From Octopus sinensis (lineage: Eukaryota), in assembly GCF_006345805.1 (NCBI RefSeq), contig NC_042998.1, positions 187,674,001-187,738,000 on the forward strand: DNA of 64,000 nucleotides, given 5' to 3'. The notes under the pieces are model-generated. The model ran no database searches, was not told the origin of the DNA, and saw only the letters and a program-made list of their open reading frames with translations. Shown piece by piece: positions 13,133 to 25,431 of this stretch. The position numbers and the translations under genes are program-made. Numbering within the stretch: position 1 is the stretch's first letter; every line of letters starts with the position of its first letter.

Positions 13133-13790
13133 CGAGAAGTTGAGGTTATAAGAGATAATGGTGTCATTGAGACCCAAATGTGTCAGGTAATGCTGAATAA
13201 GTGCTTTAGACAGACCATAGTTAAGTTCCATATTCGGTAATATTGCGAATAAAGGGTTCAACGTTGGTTCTATGTCAACATGTGTATATAAGAATTTTTT
13301 GCGTAATAAGATAAAAAAAATCAAGGCTTTATAGATATTAGAGCATTTATAAATAGATAGATCTATATATAGATCTATGCTCTAATATCTATACAGCCCT
13401 GGTTTTTTATCTCATTACGCAAAAAATTTGTGTATATATATATATATATATATAAAGTAAACACAAAATGGAGAAACATTGATCAACAACAACTGACTTA
13501 CATCAGTTATTATTTTTTATTTCAATACAAATAGACTGCAGTCTATTTGTATTGAAAAAAAAACTATGGTCTATCTATACCACTTATTCAGCATTACCTG
13601 ACACATTTGGGTCTCAATGACACCATTATCTCTTATAACCTCAACTTCTCGCTATATATATATATAGATCTTTAGCTCCTACACGCATTAGTCTATTTGT
13701 ATTGAAATAAAAAATAATAATTGATGTAAGTCAATTGTTGTTGATCAATATTTCTCCATTTTCTGTTTACTTTAAATTCGATTCATGATT
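12690..13790. repeat. Mosaic of nested and overlapping inverted repeats (Penelope-like relic)
   Basis: Six inverted pairs identified, separated by (TA)n tracts. Confidence 0.8.
12735..12769 (-). ncRNA. Variant minimal hammerhead-like motif (Penelope-LTR type)
   Basis: Minus strand reads CUUU CUGUAGA A AAGC AUAG GCUC GAAAC GUA^AAG. A6U core change, loopless palindromic ACGU stem III, weak stem I. Confidence 0.35.
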
Positions 13791-13955
13791 AACTCGTGTT
13801 TATCTTTGACATTGCCTATAATTTATGAGCATAATGTGCTTGCATATGTATGCCCAGGGTTAACATAGGTAATTATACTGGTAATATAACGGATATTTTT
13901 ATCCCTCAGACAGCTATTCCAACCTCTAACTCTACTAACCATATGTATATACATA

Positions 13956-14137
13956 TCATCATCATCATCGTTTAACATCTGCTTTCCATGCTAGCATGGG
14001 TTGGACAATTTGACTGAGGACTGATGAACCAGATGACTGCACCAGGCTCCAATCTTGATCTGGCAGAGTTTCTACAGTTGGATGCCCTTCCTAACGCCAA
14101 CCACTCCGAGAGTGTAGTGGGTGCTTTTACGTGCCAT
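13956..14137 (-). mobile_element. Truncated RTE 3' UTR copy
   Basis: (CAT)n then CGTTTAACATCTGCTTTCCATGCTAGC terminus. Confidence 0.8.
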
Positions 14138-14233
14138 ATGTATATATATATATATATATATATATCATCATCATCATCATCATTATACACATCATCATCA
14201 TCATCATCGTTCATATATATTTATACATATATA

Positions 14234-14294
<61 letters not shown>

Positions 14295-14705
14295 GATATC
14301 TCCAGTAACTTTATTTAACTATTTGTTAGTAGTATTAATCAATATAGCAATGTTACCACCTTACAAACCATTTACTTGCTTCAATTATTGACTTATCACC
14401 ATACTGTGACATCATCTTGAAATATACAATAGAACAATCAACCCCAGTACCTATATTTTAAAGCTTGGTACTTATTGTATAAGTCTTTTCTGCTGAGCCA
14501 CTAAGTTACTAAGAAATAAACAATTGCAGCAGATTTTCTATGGCCTCATGCCTCTCCTGTCATCAACCCTTACTAGTTTCCAAGCAAGGTAATATTTACC
14601 CATGGTTGGAAATACTTTAATAAGAGATATGATAGTGATACTCATGTACAACTATCCTATGATGTCAAGACAAAGAGGCACAAATATACACACCTACAAA
14701 TATAT

Positions 14706-14900
14706 CTCACCTGGCACTTGTGCCGGTGGCATGTAAAAAGCACCCACTACACTCACAGAGTGGTTGGCGTTAGGAAGGGCATCCAGCTGTAGAAACACTG
14801 CCAGATCAGACTGGAACCTGGTGCAGCCTTCTGGTCGAATCGTCCAACCCATGCTAGCATGGAGAACAGACGTTAAACGATGATGATGATGATGATGATG
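14706..14900 (+). mobile_element. Truncated RTE 3' UTR copy
   Basis: Conserved terminus and (GAT)n tail. Confidence 0.8.
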
Positions 14901-15102
14901 TGTGTTAATTATTAGCCTCTCAAGGCTAATAACACAATATTTGAACAAGACATCCATGTTAAGTTGGATATAAAAATTTACTTTTCGGTATTAATACTAC
15001 TTCCATCACTAATAAGCCTACTGGCTATTTGCAACATCAGTGTCTAAAAAGATGCTGATATCCTATATATTCTACTAGCAAAATTTCACTGGCATGCGAT
15101 GA

Positions 15103-15162
15103 CTGGATGCTTCTCACTGATGATTCCCAGCAGAATGAAATCAGGTGATATGGGAATTCCAG
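15103..15162 (+). ncRNA. Type I hammerhead ribozyme motif (probably a slightly decayed copy)
   Basis: CUGGA ugc UUCUCA CUGAUGA UUC CCAGCA GAA U GAAA UCA GG UGA UA^UGGGAA u UCCAG. Canonical core; stem I 6 bp plus a 5 bp extension; stem III with a 2-nt loop; stem II looks one A short of AUUC/GAAU. Confidence 0.62.
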
Positions 15163-15281
15163 CACCCATTACAAACAATTCTCCTCTGCACCATGCACCT
15201 ATATGAGTGAATCTCTCAAGGCTAATAAGGCAGTATTCTGTGTTCTAACAAGACATCTATGTTAAGTTGGATATTTATATA

Positions 15282-15696
15282 TCTATATATATAAAAGCAA
15301 GTTTGTTTGTTTGTGCGTGCACACGCATATGTTCCTTATACATTCGGAAACTGAGTTGCTGACTTTGATGTATGGGGTATCAAAAGAGTCAGTAATCTTT
15401 CGGCTACCAAATAAACTTTATTTTCATTTACATAATTTCTATGTTATCTCAACAAACAGCTATAGTTATTTGAAAGACACTGCTCTACAACAACCAAGTT
15501 TCATAAGAAAGTATTGCATTACAAGAGCGACGATGTGTGAATAATGAAAGTAATGTTTCTCCGAATTGGTTACTCATTAAAAGGCATCCATTTTTCTATA
15601 TGTTATGAGAAAATACAGTCACTCACTCACTCTCACACACGCACAAAAAAGATGTATGCATATGTATTTATGTAAATGTATATGAAAGATGTGTGA

Positions 15697-15754
<58 letters not shown>

Positions 15755-17142
15755 GCAACTGAGTGCCACTTACACATACATGCAAAAAAAATACATACAA
15801 GACAATATACGCCTTCACTCACTCTCTTTATATCTCGCTTTCATACACACACACACACATCCATTTCATATACACATACATACATCTTTCACTTTCTCCT
15901 CTCTTCAAAGCATACAGAAATAAAAATTTTTTACAGAAATTAACATATAATCATATGATCCCATATATGTCGAGTTGACAACTTTGCTTCTTCAAACAAA
16001 AGAATGCCATAAAATAACTCCCTTTAGCACACACACACACTCTAGGTAAAACTTCTGTATGAATTATGCTATTTCATGCCATGTGCACACATAAAAATTG
16101 CAGCTCAAATCCAATTGAAATTAACTTTTTCTGTTCTGTAATTTGTGTTTGTGATGAGCATATTTAAAAACCTGATCTTTGATACAAACTTAAAAGGAAG
16201 TTTTCCCAGAAATCTTGTCCTTTACCCCTTGTTTCTAGCATGTCTGAGGTAACATTTGCACCCCCACTTATTTTCTTCCTATATTTCTTCTGATTATTAT
16301 GTTTTCAATACAGGAGATTAGGTTTTTGCCCAAAAAACACGTTCTCAATATTTTAATTTTCTCCCTCTCCACCCCCAATTTCGTCATTTTTTACTTTCTC
16401 CAAATTTTTTTTCTTGATAATCCATGGAGAAAAAAAAAACAGAGAGTATGAATCTTTAAGAATTTTCTTCCCAAACATCCACCCATCACCTCACCACTTT
16501 CAAAAAGCTACGAGCGCCCAATGTTTCACTTTTAGCTTTTTCAGAAAACAGGGAAATTTCTCCAGAAATAATGTCCTTTACCTGTTGTTTCTAGCATGTC
16601 AGGTTTTCTGGTGGTGATCTGGTATTTTTTACATTTGCTATTTCAGTACAGTTCTACGCATGTGTGAAACACCAGACGAAAGTAAAACATTGGGATGCTT
16701 TTGCATTTTGAAAGCGGGTAGGTGAGATGGGGGAAAGGGCATTGAGTGTTTCTTTAAGAAAAATAAAACTTAAAAAAAAAAAGAATATTTCCCAGATTTG
16801 TAATCTCTATTTTTCTACATGGTTAAAAAAAAAAAAATTCAAAATTAAGAATTTGCAGTGGGGACGGGTGGGGTGGGGTGGGGGGAATTAAAATTTTGAA
16901 TACATGATTTCTGGGCAAAATCACATTAACCCCCTTTTATACATAGTTTGTGATCCTTCTTAAGAACAGAAAGCACTTTCATGCAAACCCATGTAAATTG
17001 TACCCACCACTTCACTTTTAAACAAACCAGTAATCCAGTTCACTATATATCAGCTGTGCCGATTCTGCCCATAAGAAAGGAACAAATAATACTATGTAGC
17101 TGTAGATCATAATACCTGGGTAACGCCGGGATGCATTACTAG
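15282..17142 (+). mobile_element. Non-autonomous Helitron-like element (about 1.86 kb)
   Basis: Starts A|TCTATATATATAAAAG and ends CCTGGGTAACGCCGGG..CTAG|T, i.e. an AT target site with no TSD. That the two ends belong to one element is inferred. Confidence 0.62.
15686..15750. repeat. (GT)n(GA)n compound microsatellite; one of many (TA)n, (CA)n, (GA)n and (CAT)n tracts in the window
   Basis: Seen directly; other long tracts at about 13090-13131, 14138-14295, 44585-44780, 48672-48900 and 58128-58227. Confidence 0.9.
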
Positions 17143-17574
17143 TACACATACACAAGCTTCTTTCAGTTTTTGTCTACCAGATCCACTCTCAAAGCTTTGA
17201 TTGGCCCAGGGCTTTAGTAGAAGACATTTACCCAAAGTGGCATGAAGTGGGACTAAACCTGAAACCATGCGGTAGGGAAGTGGACTTCTTAACTACACAG
17301 CCAGAGAAGGAAATTAATCAATAGAATTACCCCAACACTTTACTAGTATTTTATTTCATTGACCCCCAAAAGGAGGAAAGGTAAGTTGAATTTAGTAGAA
17401 TTTCAACACAGAACAAAAAAATATATATGCTGAACAAACACCACAAGTCATTTTTCCAACTTTAAGGATTCAGTCAACCCCTTGCCCTACATTGCACATA
17501 ATGATTCTAGAGGGAGAGAAATTAATCCAAAGATAAAATTAAGTTTATAAAAAATGCAAAATAAATTTACTTAC

Positions 17575-17735
17575 GAAATTGTTATTTCTGGATGTTCGCA
17601 AGCAATGCCATTTCTATAACAATTATCAATAGTAATAGTCTGATTACTATTGTTGACACACTTCACCTGGCCTTGAAAGTTACCAAGCATATCACCACAG
17701 TCCAAAGAGACAATACACCCAACATAGCCAGACAT
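17575..17735 (-). CDS. EDC3: EDC3 first coding exon (LSm domain N-terminus)
   Basis: ATG at 17735, 1 nt after an AG acceptor (17738-17737). Translates MSGYVGCIVSLDCGDMLGNFQGQVKCVNNSNQTITIDNCYRNGIACEHPEITIS, matching the EDC3 N-terminus pattern (GSIVSINCG..LG.YQG). Donor GTAAGT at 17574, phase 2. Confidence 0.93.
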
Positions 17736-18338
17736 TCTAAAAAATAGAAAAGAAAAAAATATTACAAAAAAATATTACAAAAATTCTTTTAATTAAAAAT
17801 TACTGGTTTTGTTTAATAACGAAATACACATATCTGACACAATAAAAAAAAATGAAATGACGTTTCATTTGAAATAGAAAGGTGGAACAAAATATTTTAA
17901 TTTAAATTTAGTGACGTCCTAGTGGTGTTTTTAAAGAACAAGCTAATACTTTTAATGTTATTTTCAAATTTAGAAAGATAAGGCAACAAAATGAAGTCAA
18001 TAACATAAATATGAGGTAAGTGGGGGAAGAATTTAGATTTTCTTCCAGTCATTTAATTGTCAAAACCAATGGCATAAGCAATATAATAAATAGTTAGCAA
18101 CAAAGCAGAAAGACCATTGTTGTCAGATCAAAATTGAACAAGGATTGAAATGCTTTTTCAATAATACGAAAGAGTTACATAGCAAATGGGCTTTTTACAT
18201 TAACAACTTTCTTATATCTGAAAATATTTTCACCAAATATACAAAGTTAGCGAATGGAGAATGTACAATGTATACACTTCCCTTAGTTTAGATTATGTAT
18301 TTTTATTATATTTTTTAATGGATATGGATTAGATTTAA

Positions 18339-18522
18339 CCCTTCCCGGCTGAAACCGGCTCTGAGTACAAATGTCTTGTTTTCTTCCACCAAACCTTAGT
18401 CACAATTTATGTTTCTAACACTAGCTGAATGATAACTAAGTTATTTTACTAAATTCTTTGTTATATCTAAAGTAATTGAAAGGAACACAGAGCATCTCAA
18501 AATAAATATAGTAACGAAAGGG
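18339..18522. mobile_element. piggyBac-type MITE
   Basis: TTAA|CCCT ... AGGG|TTAA ends. Confidence 0.75.
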
Positions 18523-19592
18523 TTAAACATCATAAAAAGAGAATATAAAAGGCTTATTTTTAAACATTGTTCTAGGGAAGATGTTCAGTACTCATAGATG
18601 TTTAGCTTGAACATCTGAAGGTTGATGGCTGGATGAATACATGGGCAAGGAAGGGGTCACAGTTTGGGAGATGACTTAGTACAGTGTAAGGTTTGAGAAA
18701 CAAAGACAATAGGGATAACAAGAGGAGAAGAAACCTGAACATTAAGTCTCTCTCTCTGAGCAGGATACTTCACAGCAAGCTAAATCAAAAGAGCAGAGGT
18801 CATTGTGTAGTGGTGGAAAAGAAAGCATTAGTATGTTGATGGATGGAATTATGCCTATCAGTCAGAGAAGCTCTTTTTATTTGTTTAGATGTGCATGTGA
18901 CTTAAAAAGCACATCAGATAAGTGAGCTGTATCACATTGCAAGTAGTTTTGTTAAGTGTACAATTAGGATTGAAGGGCGATCTTATGTGATTGAAGTATT
19001 TTTTAGACATTGAGAAGAAACACAATCCATGAGATGCAATCTTGTCTATATAACAGATGTGTCATTTCAATGAAAGAATATTATTTCATAAAGTCTAGCA
19101 CTTGTAGATAATGTTTTTAACTGTGTGTTGATTATGAATAGAGAAAGTGGAAGCATAGTCTTGTTTATTCCTAGACAACTCATATCAGTAGACTGGGTTT
19201 TTCTCCGATGGTCTAGACATATCCTTTCTACTATAGGCACAAAACCTGAAATTTGGTTGGGGAGGAGCTAGTTGATTACAAAGAGCCCAGTGGTCAACTG
19301 GTACTTATTTTTTCATCAACCCCGAAAAGATAAAAGAAAGTTGACCTCAGCAGAATTTGAACTCAGAATGTAAAACTGAAAGAAATGGTGAGAAGCATTT
19401 TGTCTGGTGTACTAATGATTCTGCCAGCTTGTCACCTTTATCTATATATACCATATACATACATACATACATACATACACAACAAGGGTTTGGCCAGCCT
19501 GGGGCTATAGTAGGATACACTTGCCCAAAGTGCCATACAGTGGGACTGAAATCAGAATCATGTGGTTGGAAAGCACATAGTCATGTCTAATT

Positions 19593-19905
19593 CATCATCA
19601 TCATCGTCTAACATCTGCTTTCCATGCTAGCATGGGTTGGACGGTTCGACTGGAGTCTGGGAAGCCAGGAGGCTGCACCAGGCCCAGTCTGATCTGGCAG
19701 TGTTTCTACAGCTGGATGCCCTTCCTAACGCCAACCGCGAGTGTAGTGGGTGCTTTTTACGTGCCAGGTGATGCTGGCAACGACCACAATCAGTTGGTGC
19801 TTTTTACGTTCCACAAGCATGGAGGCCAGTCGGGGCACCACTGGCAACGGAAACGTTCGGATGGTTCTTTTACGTGCCACCGGCACTGGTATAACAACTA
19901 CAATT
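19593..19905 (-). mobile_element. Truncated RTE 3' UTR copy
   Basis: Conserved terminus and module array. Confidence 0.82.
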
Positions 19906-22900
19906 GTTAACATTATTTAATTCATTATAGCCTTCTCAACCCTTTTCTGAAGAATGGAGGACTTAGTAAATTTATAACTACTGTAGTAGGATTCCAGACA
20001 TTTGAAACTTGTAAGACAGGAATTGCAGCTTAAAAATCAGTCCCTCAAATATGCAGCATTCAATTCACAGTAGCCTCGTTTTGCCATTCAGCAAACTGAA
20101 ATTATATGCTACTGCTATATGTACAATGGAAACAAACTAATTTACATAGCTCCTTCTTTTCCAAACCCATGTAAATATGCTTCAGAAAGATCTAATATGC
20201 CATAAAAGCATTGATACTGAAATGTTCCCTTCAATAATATTTGAAAACCAAAAAATTTCCAGTAAAGTTACTGATCATTTTGCTTAAAAGCCAAGAATTC
20301 CATTGAGCTATATATATAAAATGAGATGTTAAAAAACATTTTATATTACTACTTCCTATTTCATGAATTAACTGAAGTAATACAGAAAAAAATAATATTC
20401 ATAAAAATAACAATAACAGTGTCATTTGCTAATTGCAGCATTGTTTTGACACACTAACATGGAGGAATTGTGCATTTATGCATTATTCATTGGGTCAATT
20501 GAACAGCTGACTGGTTCGTTTGCATTAATTTATTATAGAGTCATGAAACATGTCCAATGAGAATGGCAGACTTATGCAAGTTGTGAATATTTGGCTACTT
20601 TTGTCTGAAGTGAAACCTCAGAGTTAGCACTTTGAATTTAGTGTCAAACTCCAAAGTTCATCATCATTGCCAGATTGAATCCCTTTAACAAGGGAATTGT
20701 AACTGGTGGATAATCTCTGCATTGGATATATGTGATTGCTGGGTATGGTCACCTTTGTGTTGCTGTGAATTCACTGGTTGGACCCAGCCCAACTTGTCCT
20801 AAGTTAAAAGCAAGCAATTACTGCAATTCTTGTAAGATCATCAACCAAAACACAAAGGATGCCTCCCTACATCGCATAGTCAGCAAGTTCTCTCACCTCA
20901 CAAACTGCAAATGATCTTTTTGGTCTCTTGCCAACAGAATCTGTATCAAATCTGAGGAGTCTTCCTTTCCTCCACTTCTTCATCACAATTCTGTAAGCAG
21001 TATTTCCAAGGAGAGAGCCTCCATATTTGTTGCCCACTTTGCATAAACTCTGCCAGATCAAGACTGGAGCCTGGTGCAGCCATCTGGTTCGCCAGCCCAC
21101 AGTCAAACCGTCCAACCCATGCTAGCATGGAAAGCGGACATTAAATGATGATGATGATGACTACCACTAACACATTATACAAATGTCTCCCCATATTATC
21201 CCTTTTAACTCCATTAGACACATCATCACATACATGTCATGTGTGAAAGCACCTCTGGTCACTTCAAACCAACACCACCACCAGCTCTAACAATGTCACT
21301 ACTATTACCCTCAAACAATGTATCCAAGAGCTAGGTCCTAAATTCACTTGACCTGCAGTAAGTAACAGCCAAATCTTCCTTTAAATCAGGTTCTATAGTC
21401 TTTAAAAAAAAAAGACATTGTATAATGTAATTCTAGACACAGTATCTGAAATATTGACAAGAGGGTTGTACCAGACAGTATAGCAACAACAAAAGAAATT
21501 ACCAACTAGCTTATACATTACACTGTATCATAAAATTAAAACATGCCATTTATTAATTTTTTCATTCCTTCAAAAAAGCCAATTTAGCTGAGAAGTTTCA
21601 TGTGGCATAACAATATTGAAATATTTAATTTTGTAAAGCATTGCCACTGAAACCATTACTGTAATATTTTGACATTTGGTTCAGTTAAATATCTCTTATT
21701 TGACTCACAACATGCCAATATTTATTTCAAATAAGGGTTTCAAGTATTAAACAATAAAAAAAACCTAGTTTTATACCTGGGTTTCAGCTATTTATTTACC
21801 ATAGAAAAATATCCAAGTGACTTTTGACCAATATGTTTTTCTCATGTTTTATACTTCTCTTCCTTACCCCAAAACCACTTCCATTTCCCATTTAACTGTC
21901 CCCACCAATCACTTCCTTTCTGTGCCTTCTCCCCCTGTGCTGTTTTCCATCATTAACACCTCACTTATCTTCTATCACCTTCAATGCCCTTATGTAGCTA
22001 CTGCAACCCCCATCTCCATGCCTCTCCTAAGCTTCTCTCCTTTATTTGCTGCAATCACCTCCATATCACTTCATCTATTTTCACCACCCACAAAGCTCCA
22101 CAAGAGTATGTCCCAATTCATTTTTGCCATCATCTCTCTCACTATCGCTCTCCTTTCTAACTGGAGTATCCATGACTATCTCTGTCCCTCTGTACTTTTG
22201 ATTTCTCAACTAGCACAAAGTCAACCACCTCAATACTACTCCCCACTGCCAATTGAAGCGGTTTTGCCTTTTTTCTGTCTCTCTCCTTTTTCTTGTCTTA
22301 CAAGGTACTTAGGTGACCCTCTTGATGGTGCCACGTAAAAAGCACCCAGCTGTAAAAACCATGTCAAAACAGACAATGGGACCTGCTACAACTCCTACCC
22401 TTGCTAGTTCCTGTTAAACCATCCAAATCATACCAGCATGGAAAACAAATGTTAAATGATGGTGGTGATGATCTCATTTTCCACATTAGAGTGGGTAACT
22501 TTAGAGCTGGATATTCTCTCTGAGCTAAGAATTAGAAAAGGTACATATTTTTCAAGCAGAAACATTAAGATCTTTCGCACCACAATTTTTGTAGTCATAA
22601 AAGGTACATTAGGCAAGTGCCTTCTACACCTGTCAAGTGACCAAAGCCTTGCGAGTGCATTTGGTAGATGGAACCTGAAAGAAACACACGTGTGTGAGTC
22701 TTGCTTTGATATCATGTGATAGTTATGAATGTCAATGTCATCCAATATTCTGTGAAAATGTGTCTGGCCATGGGGATATATTACCTTGCTTGGAAACAAG
22801 TAAGGGTTGGCAACAGGAATGGCATATGGCTGAAAAAAATCCACCTCAACAAATTACATCTGACCCATGCAAGCATGGAAAAGTGGATGTTAAAATGATA

Positions 22901-23138
22901 ATGATTATACAAGTTAGCTTAACTATAATTAACTTTCATATCAACTACGCATTGCTCTCACAAGCAATCAGTCCTCAACTCTTTTGTGATTATCTCTCAA
23001 GACTAAAAAATAGAAAAGAATTAGAGTGCATCTTACCAGAAGCTTCACATTCCCCATTAAGTTAACTGCTAAGCCTCTCTTGATTTGGTAGTTTCATATA
23101 TACTGTAATTTATATTTAGTATTTTTATTTCCCCCATA

Positions 23139-23302
23139 GGTGTAGGAGTGGCTGTGTGGTAAGTAGCTTGCTTACTAACCACATGGTTCCAAGTTCAGTC
23201 CCACTGCATGGCACCTTGGGCAAGTGTCTTCTACTATAGCCTAGGCCAACCAAAGCCTTGTGAGTGGATTTGGTAGACGGAAACTGAAAGAAGCCTGTCA
23301 TA

Positions 23303-23353
<51 letters not shown>

Positions 23354-23548
23354 ATATGTTTGTCCCCCCAACATCACTTGACAACCGATGCTGGTGTGTT
23401 TACATCCCCGTAACTTAGTGGTTCGGCAAAAGAGACCGATAGAATAAGTACTAAGCTTACAAAGAATAAGTCCTGGGGTCGATCTGCTCAACTAAAGGTG
23501 GTGCTCCAGCATGGCCACAGTCAAATGACTGAAACAAGTAAAAGAGAG
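23139..23548 (+). mobile_element. Second tRNA-derived SINE family with an internal (TA)n/(TG)n tract
   Basis: GGTGTAGGAGTGGCTGTGTGGTAAG head, GTTCAGTCCC B-box, CCTTGGGCAAGTGTCTTC domain, GAAACAAGTAAAAGAG tail. Confidence 0.85.
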
Positions 23549-24247
23549 CAAGAGTATACTATTAATCACTGTTTTTCTAAACCCTTCTAAAGAAAGGTAG
23601 TATTCTCTATTCTTTGTCGTAGACTTTTCCTGCAGATGCTTCACCAGAAATATATAGAATATATGGTACAATGACCTAGTAGAAAACTTAAACTCTATGT
23701 CATTCAGATTCACACGATATAGTATTAGCTTTATATTAACTCTTACATCACCCTTGAAAATAAACTGTACTAATTTGAAGCTCCTATAGATACTTCATCC
23801 TTGTGTGTTATTTCTTTTACTTAGCAACAGATAACAATTATTCCAGCAAAGCAGTCATTGGGGAAAAGTACTGTCCTGCATAATTCTCAGTCAGCAATCT
23901 TGAAACTATTGTTTTTATTCAGACTGACATTTCTAGCAGCTCAGCAATTATTCCTGATGCAAATTTTCCAGTCTTTATTTGTTTCTTCCAACACTAGAGA
24001 CAAATGTGAATGAATTATTTGTTTTTACACAATGCCTTGCAACTTTGAACACCTCACAATGTTACACATTTCTAAAGTTTCCTGTTGTTTGTTAGCTATA
24101 ATTTCCATCTAATTTTCATATACCAATCCCAGAGGATCCTATCTTCAATTTCTGCCAAACCTGATAATTATAACTTCAATCTACTAATGCATTCCCTCTA
24201 CTTTAGTCACAAAGTGAATTTGTCATCTTACAGAATTATCCCTCTAT

Positions 24248-24481
24248 CGGTGGCACGTAAAAAGCACCATCCAATCGTGGCTGTTTGCCAGCCTCGCCTG
24301 GCATGTAAAAAGCACCCACTACACTCATGGAGTGGTTGGCGTTAGGAAGGGCATCCAGCTGTAGAAACACTGCCAGATCAGACTGGGCTTGGTGCAGCCT
24401 TCTGGCTTCCCAGACCCCAGTTGAACCGTCCAACCCATGCCAGTATGGAAAGCGGACACTAAACGATGATGATGATGATGA
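24248..24481 (+). mobile_element. Truncated RTE 3' UTR copy
   Basis: Conserved terminus and (GAT)n tail. Confidence 0.82.
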
Positions 24482-25064
24482 AACATCCAACTGTCCTGTA
24501 TGCTACTGAAGGTCCAATGTCTACTTAAAGAAGCACCATCAAGTACTATTTGGAAATTTTCCCTTATGGGCTAACCTAGAGCTAAACAAATCAAAAAAGA
24601 GAAAATAAGTGTAGAAGTAAGACTAACTTCAACTGCTTCATTTATCTCATTGTTTTGTTTAATACCTGGTCAGCTCTGATTTAGACTCATCAAAGTTGCT
24701 CTAACTACGACACCACATCCACCTTTTCAGATATAGCATAACCATGAATACACATTATCCTTTCTGGAGATGGTGTGATTTGAAGATTTGGCTGTCATTT
24801 CCAGCAGAAAGATTAAGGATGAAATAAATCAGATATGACATAAGACTGATGGAATAATATGTGACCAAATTGAGTTAGCAAATACATTCATGCGCGTGCA
24901 TGTTTTTCATTCTTTTACTAGTTTCAACATTTGTAACTGGGTCAATGCCTTCAAGAGTATATTGTAAATTATATTGTCTCCACTATGTGTTGAAGATACT
25001 TATTTTTATCAACCTCACACACACATGCACATCTATACATATATCATCATTATTTAAACAGCAA

Positions 25065-25431
25065 CTAGCACTATGACCCGGCAACGCTGGGTCATAGTGC
25101 TAGTGCATGCATATACAGCTGTGTGCGTGTGCACATACACGTGAGTACTGTCCAAATTTCCAACCAATCACATACAGCTAGCTGGCATTCAATTGGCGTA
25201 TCAAGTTTCGGGCATTCTGATTGGGTTTTGGATAGAAAATTCACAAAAAAGTCACGTCTATTGATTTTTTTAATGGCTTTGTGGGGTGACTGGGGAAATG
25301 TAAAGATCTGCATGACCACCCCTGGACGGTTTTGAATGATCATAGAAAGAGCGAGCCCTCTAACAGAAAAATTGTGGATTTGTATAAAGAACACACACAC
25401 ACAGACATTTTGCCGTTTATATATAGAGAGA
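25065..25431 (-). mobile_element. Short non-autonomous Helitron-like element
   Basis: Minus strand starts A|TCTCTCTATATATAAACGGC and ends in a 16-bp hairpin terminating CTAG|T. Confidence 0.72.

Noticed and set aside
15095-15125. Possible C/D box snoRNA (TGATGA box)
   Set aside because: No matching D box or terminal stem, it is antisense to the host gene, and the hammerhead fold explains it better.
21817-22338. 173-aa ORF (and the 160-aa ORF at 25759-26241)
   Set aside because: Pyrimidine-biased, stop-poor sequence with no recognisable domain; probably decayed retroelement DNA.
23139-23215. tRNA genes
   Set aside because: All tRNA-like A/B-box sequences are SINE heads without a complete cloverleaf.
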